Below, piece after piece: positions 27,666-32,000 of a stretch of DNA of 32,000 nt. A program made the position numbers and the translations under genes. Source of the stretch: Methanopyrus kandleri AV19. GTDB taxonomy: Archaea; JAADCQ01; Methanopyri; Methanopyrales; Methanopyraceae. The DNA lies in contig NC_003551.1 of the NCBI RefSeq assembly GCF_000007185.1, forward strand, positions 900,001-932,000, in the 5' to 3' direction. Position 1 is the stretch's first letter. Each line of letters starts with the position of its first letter. A model generated the notes under the pieces. It did no database searches, was not told the origin of the DNA, and worked only from the letters and a program-made list of their open reading frames with translations.

Positions 27666-28082
27666 GTGGTCGAGTACGACTACGAGGAACTCCTCGAGCG
27701 CGCTTACGAGCAGCTTCCCGAGGAGGTGCTCGAAGATCGCCGGTTCGAGATGCCCAAGCCGAAGGTCTCCGTGGAGGGTAAGACCACGGTCATCCGCAAC
27801 TTCAAGGAGATCTCCAAGAAGCTCGACCGCGATCCCGAGCACATCACCAAGTACTTCCTGAAGGAGCTCGGTACCGCGGGACACGTCGACGGTGGTAGAC
27901 TCATCCTGCACGGGGTTTACCATCCTAAGCTCGTCGAGGAGGAGCTTAAGAACTACGTCGAGGAATTCGTGCTATGCCCGGAGTGCGGGAAACCCGACAC
28001 CAAGCTCGTCAGAGAGGATCGGCAGTGGATTCTCAAATGCGAAGCTTGCGGTGCCTGGTCCTCGGTTCGGAGGCTGAAGTGA
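27666..28082 (+). CDS. eif2b: Translation initiation factor aIF2 subunit beta (GTG start)
   Basis: DYEELLERAYEQLPE, FKEISKKLDRDPEHITKYFLKELGTAG, CPECGKPDTKL...CEACGAWSSVRRL. Confidence 0.95.
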   Translation: MVEYDYEELLERAYEQLPEEVLEDRRFEMPKPKVSVEGKTTVIRNFKEISKKLDRDPEHITKYFLKELGTAGHVDGGRLILHGVYHPKLVEEELKNYVEEFVLCPECGKPDTKLVREDRQWILKCEACGAWSSVRRLK

Positions 28083-28427
28083 ATGGCTCGGGTGCTCTTG
28101 AACATCCACGGGACCGGAGACACCGTGGTCCTCGCCCTATGCGACGAGGATCTCCTGGGTGTGGAGTTGAAGTACAAAGGGCGCACCCTACATATCTCCG
28201 AGCCCTTCTACAGTGGAAAGTCCCTCGAACCGGACCGCGCCGCGAAGAAGATCCGGGAGGCCGTCCAGGAGTACGAGGACGAGAAGACAGTTGCAATCAA
28301 CGCCCTAGGCGAGCTCGCTTGCTCCGTCGTCGTCGACGCGGGTCTCGCCAGGGAGGATGAGATAGGGGAGCTGGGAGGGGTCCCACACGTCCAGATCTAC
28401 ATCCTCCCGCGGGAGCCGTTCCTTTGA
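28083..28427 (+). CDS. DUF424 family protein
   Basis: DEDLLGVELKYKGRTLHISEPFYSGKSL..., adjacent to aIF2beta as commonly seen in archaea. Confidence 0.8.
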   Translation: MARVLLNIHGTGDTVVLALCDEDLLGVELKYKGRTLHISEPFYSGKSLEPDRAAKKIREAVQEYEDEKTVAINALGELACSVVVDAGLAREDEIGELGGVPHVQIYILPREPFL

Positions 28428-29482
28428 CCTCGGGAGTACTGTGCACGACCGCTCCGGGCCTCGAGGACGTCTGTGCCCAGGAACTCGGCGAGATCACCGG
28501 AAAATCCGTGCGTGAGAACTACCTCGGCGTACGCGGTCGCGTGCTCGTGGAGTGCTCGGAGCACGAGGCCCTCGACCTCGCCCGTGAGATCAATCGCAGA
28601 TCCCTTACCGTCCACCGAGCCGCGGTTCTCCTGGGCGGCTTTGAGATCGAGCACCGCGACGAGCGTGGCCTCGAGGAGATACGTGAGCGCTGCCGGGAAC
28701 TACCTTTCGAGCGTTACATCCACGAACACGATACGTTCGGTGTACGGCCATCGCGGCTCGGAGAGCATGATTTCACCAGCGTGGATGTGGGGGCCGCCGT
28801 CGGCGATGCCGTCATCGAGCGGATAAAGAGGGAGGAGGGATTCAGACCTCAGGTGGATCTCGACGCGCCCTCGGTGATCGTCAGGGCCGACGTCGTGGGA
28901 GACACCGTCATCGTCGGAGTCTGTACGACCGGTGACCGCTCCCTCCACCAGCGCGGTTACAGGGTATACGACCATCCGGCGGCGCTCAACCCCGTGATCG
29001 CTCAAGGCATGCTGGAGCTGGCCGGGGACCCGGACTCTCTCATCGATCCCACCTGCGGTGGCGCCACGGTGCCCATAGAGGCCCTACTCAGGGACCCGGA
29101 GACGGAGGCCGTAGGTGTGGAGAAGTTTCGAACGCATTACGAGGGAGCCCGCCTCAACGTCCTGGCCGCCAGAGTCGACGTGGAGCTCTATCTGGCGGAC
29201 GCGACTCGACTGTTCGAGGAGGTTCCGGAGCTCCGAGATCGCGAGTTCGACGCCGCCGTCTTCAACCCTCCGTACGGCCTCAAGATAGCGAACCCGCGCG
29301 TCGTGAAGACGCTCTACCGAGGTCTCGCGCGCGTTCTCTCGGATCTCGTCAGTGTCGTCGTGACGGTGACGCCACGTGACGGTTGGATGCGGGCGGCGAT
29401 GGAGGAGTACGGGTTCAGGTTGAGCCACGATCGCTGGGTGAGGCACGGTGGTCTAGACGTGAGGCTCCTAGTCTTTCGCTAA
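28424..29482 (+). CDS. THUMP-domain tRNA (guanine-N2) methyltransferase, Trm14/TrmG10-like
   Basis: TTAPGLEDVCAQELGEI, RGYRVYDHPAALNPVIAQGMLELAG, DPTCGGATVPIEALL, FNPPYGLKI. Confidence 0.9.
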   Translation: MTSGVLCTTAPGLEDVCAQELGEITGKSVRENYLGVRGRVLVECSEHEALDLAREINRRSLTVHRAAVLLGGFEIEHRDERGLEEIRERCRELPFERYIHEHDTFGVRPSRLGEHDFTSVDVGAAVGDAVIERIKREEGFRPQVDLDAPSVIVRADVVGDTVIVGVCTTGDRSLHQRGYRVYDHPAALNPVIAQGMLELAGDPDSLIDPTCGGATVPIEALLRDPETEAVGVEKFRTHYEGARLNVLAARVDVELYLADATRLFEEVPELRDREFDAAVFNPPYGLKIANPRVVKTLYRGLARVLSDLVSVVVTVTPRDGWMRAAMEEYGFRLSHDRWVRHGGLDVRLLVFR

Positions 29483-30169
29483 CTCCCTGACGACGTCCAG
29501 TAGCTCCCGTGGCCTGTCGATTTCGAAGTCCGGAACATCGTCGTCGTTTCTCGGCTCCATATCCTGGTATTTGCCCCTCCGGATCCTCACCGTTACCATC
29601 CCCGCGCGGTTCGCCCCCCTGATGTCCTTGTCCAATCGGTCTCCCACGTACACGGCCTCCTCCGGTTTGACTCCCAATCTGCGCGCCGCTTCGATGAAGA
29701 TCTTCGGGTTGGGCTTCTCCACGCCGATTTCCTCGGAGATCACCACCTCGTGGAAGAAGTGGTGAATACCCAATCGGATCAGCTTCTCCCACTGCTTCAC
29801 CGCTAGCCCGCTCGTGACCGCTCCCAGCTTGAATCCCATTTCCCGCAGCTGCATCAGTGTCGGGATCACGTCCGGGTAGGGCTTCAAGTAGGCGAACTTG
29901 GTGTCGTGGTATGCCACTACGGCCGCCGCGACCAGCTTCGGTTCCGGATCCGCTCCTATCCTTCTGAGCAACAGGTCGAAATGTCTGGGATGGTTCGAAC
30001 CGTACTCCTTTACCACCTCCTGCAGCTCCCGATACAGCTCCTCTTCCGACAGATCCGTTTCTAAACCCGCCTCGATCATAGCGCGGATAGCGTTCCTACG
30101 CGCTTCCTCCGCCAGCTTGGAGGACGGGTACAGTGTGTCGTCCACATCGAACAGTACGGCTTTGATCAT
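29468..30169 (-). CDS. HAD-superfamily hydrolase (ATG at 30169)
   Basis: MIKAVLFDVDDTLYPSSKLA, AVTSGLAVKQWEKL, KPNPKIFIEAARRLGVKPEEAVYVGDRLDKDI. Confidence 0.93.
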   Translation of the reverse strand: MIKAVLFDVDDTLYPSSKLAEEARRNAIRAMIEAGLETDLSEEELYRELQEVVKEYGSNHPRHFDLLLRRIGADPEPKLVAAAVVAYHDTKFAYLKPYPDVIPTLMQLREMGFKLGAVTSGLAVKQWEKLIRLGIHHFFHEVVISEEIGVEKPNPKIFIEAARRLGVKPEEAVYVGDRLDKDIRGANRAGMVTVRIRRGKYQDMEPRNDDDVPDFEIDRPRELLDVVRELAKD

Positions 30170-30926
30170 GGGGGGACTCCCCACGCTTCGCATCGAGCCG
30201 GTTCCGCTGGAGAGGAAGGTACGACCCGGAGACGACCTCGCGGAGCTCATCGCGGAGTCCGCGGAGCTCGAGGAGGGGGACGTCCTCGCGATCGCTCACA
30301 CGGTAGTATCTAAGGCCGAGGGGGCCCTAATTAGTCTCGACGAGATCGAGCCCAGTCCCTTCGCTAAGACCCTCGCCGAGCGGACTGGTAAAGATCCGCG
30401 TGTGGTCGAGGTGATCCTTCGGGAAGCGGAGTCCATCGTGCGGGTCGGTCCGGACTTCATCATCACGGAAGTGCGAGGAGGGATGGTCTGCGCCAACGCA
30501 GGCGTCGACGAATCGAACGCACCGCCCGGGTACGTGATCGTCCTGCCCGAGGATCCCGATCGCAGCGCCCGAGAACTCCGTCGGCGTCTCCGCGAACTCG
30601 TCGGAGTTGACGTAGGAGTCATCATCACCGACACTCAAGGTCGACCTTTCAGGGAAGGGGTTGTCGGCGTAGCGATCGGGGCCTCCGGAGTGCCCGTACT
30701 GGCCGACCGGCGTGGGGACCGCGATCTCTACGGTCGCGAGCTGAAAATCACGATCGTAGCGCTCGGTGACCTCCTAGCCTCCGCGGCGGAGCTCGTGATG
30801 GGGCAGGCCGACGAGGGTACGCCTGCGGTCATCTTCCGTGGGCTCAAGCCCGAGCTTGAGCGGTTCGAAGGTCCCCGGAAGGCTCGAGCGATTATCCGCT
30901 CTCCAAGTAGGGATATATTCAGATGA
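30168..30926 (+). CDS. cofE: Coenzyme F420-0:L-glutamate ligase (ATG at 30168; track ORF starts 29898)
   Basis: LEEGDVLAIAHTVVSKAEGA, NAGVDESNAPPGYVIVLPEDPDRSA, VIITDTQGRPFREGVVGVAIGASGV, YGRELKIT. Confidence 0.95.
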   Translation: MGGLPTLRIEPVPLERKVRPGDDLAELIAESAELEEGDVLAIAHTVVSKAEGALISLDEIEPSPFAKTLAERTGKDPRVVEVILREAESIVRVGPDFIITEVRGGMVCANAGVDESNAPPGYVIVLPEDPDRSARELRRRLRELVGVDVGVIITDTQGRPFREGVVGVAIGASGVPVLADRRGDRDLYGRELKITIVALGDLLASAAELVMGQADEGTPAVIFRGLKPELERFEGPRKARAIIRSPSRDIFR

Positions 30927-31022
30927 ACAAACATTTGGCCCACACAAACCTCACGTGGGTTATCTCACCAAAAAGTATTTAACTAATTGTGGTTTTCAGT
31001 GAGTTCTGGATAGTACGATGAT

Positions 31023-31059
31023 ACCCCGGGTAGCTCGGGCCGAAGCCCGGGTCCGGGGT
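31023..31059 (+). promoter_or_regulatory. strong GC-rich hairpin in the leader of the last ORF
   Basis: ACCCCGG (31023-31029) pairs CCGGGGT (31053-31059). A 3-nt bulge then leads to GCTCGGGC pairing GCCCGGGT around a CGAA tetraloop (two G-U pairs). Confidence 0.6.
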
Positions 31060-31082
31060 TGATGTAAGTCGGGGGGTAGGTA

Positions 31083-32000
31083 GGAGGTTCAGGATAAAAG
31101 GAAACACCGAGCTACTAACTTTAACAGTAATCTTCACACTAATGACACTGTGTGCCAACAGTGCACAGGCTAACATTACAGTACATATCACGGTGTACAA
31201 CGATTCGGACGCATGGGATCAATCACATATCCAAGCATATGATGAGTTCCTAACGCGGTGTGAGCAAAACGGTGTCAAGGTGGCGGTGTTCCACTACCCA
31301 CACTGTGAAAACACCGCCTCCGGGATCACCGACGTGATTAAAGGACATCTCGGTCCCAACGGGGCGATCGAGTTCGTCGGCGTACACGGCACTTCGCACT
31401 CGATCGCCGGACTCCCGGAGGACGTCCAGAAGATGGAAATCCAGTACTGCTGGGAGTTCCTGGAGGATCAAGGGCTCGGACCCTATCTACGCAAGGACAT
31501 AATCTCCCCGTCGCCCGAGTGGATCATGGACGACACGTTCGTCAAGGTCTGTCAGGAACTCGGGACCCGAGAGGTGGTCTGCGGCTACAGGACGTGGGAG
31601 CTCGACCCCGATAAGCACCCGCGGTGGTACGGTAAAGACTACGACTACATCGCGGATATCATGGTGATCAAGAAGCTGAATACTAACGGGTACACCGTGT
31701 ACGTCTGTCCGGTGATCGACTTCGAGGAGCTCGTAGGTGACGTAGTGGATGAACTGGGCGTCTACAATCTCAGTAACCTTAAGACCATGCTGCGGAAGGC
31801 CATCGAAACGCTGCGCAATACTGGCGCGATTCGCGACGGTAGCCACCTTATGATGTGGGTACTCATCCACCCGTGGCAGCTAACCGAAGATATACGCGTC
31901 GGCAGGAATGACAACACAAGACCAGGTATGGAATTGATCGAAGAGTTCATACAGTGGGTCAAGAAAGGTCAGCTGGACTATGAGGTGAATGGGATTAACA
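31083..32000 (+). CDS. secreted protein, weak NodB/polysaccharide-deacetylase-like resemblance; runs off window edge; probable AUA start at 31094 behind GGAGGT at 31083
   Basis: Frame open from 31034 to window end. IKGNTELLTLTVIFTLMTLCANSAQA|NITVHITVYNDSDAWDQ...IEFVGVHGTSHSIAGLPEDVQKMEIQYCWEFLEDQG...IISPSPEWIMDDTFVKVCQELG. Confidence 0.65.

Noticed and set aside
26616-27923. 435-aa antisense ORF opposite mcm, OB protein and aIF2beta
   Set aside because: Shadow ORF; overlaps three well-identified sense genes and carries no recognisable domain.

Overview
The window is a GC-rich hyperthermophilic methanogen segment. I recognise it as Methanopyrus kandleri-like from its gene content; this is inference, no search was run. 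Most of it is compact housekeeping DNA: argG, an ABC-2 exporter, macro domain protein, CaCA exchanger, AmmeMemoRadiSam radical SAM, UbiA/DGGGP synthase, archaeal FBPase, NAC, TldD/TldE, gatB, Memo, MCM, RPA-like OB protein, aIF2beta, DUF424, Trm14-like, HAD and cofE. The most unusual part is an accessory island at about 5.5-11.9 kb. It encodes two adjacent ORFs sharing a three-copy WW...DWC lectin-like module, probably one ancestral gene split by a frame change near 8.13-8.17 kb. These are followed by a polytopic membrane protein, a decayed copy of that gene's 5' end, and an ungapped, transition-rich pair of ~135-bp non-coding direct repeats. At the right edge, a secreted NodB-deacetylase-like ORF seems to lack a canonical start codon (AUA behind a strong SD) and sits below a very stable leader hairpin. 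The CDSs that run off either window edge are absent from the ORF track and were translated by hand. No tRNA, rRNA, CRISPR array or transposase was identified.
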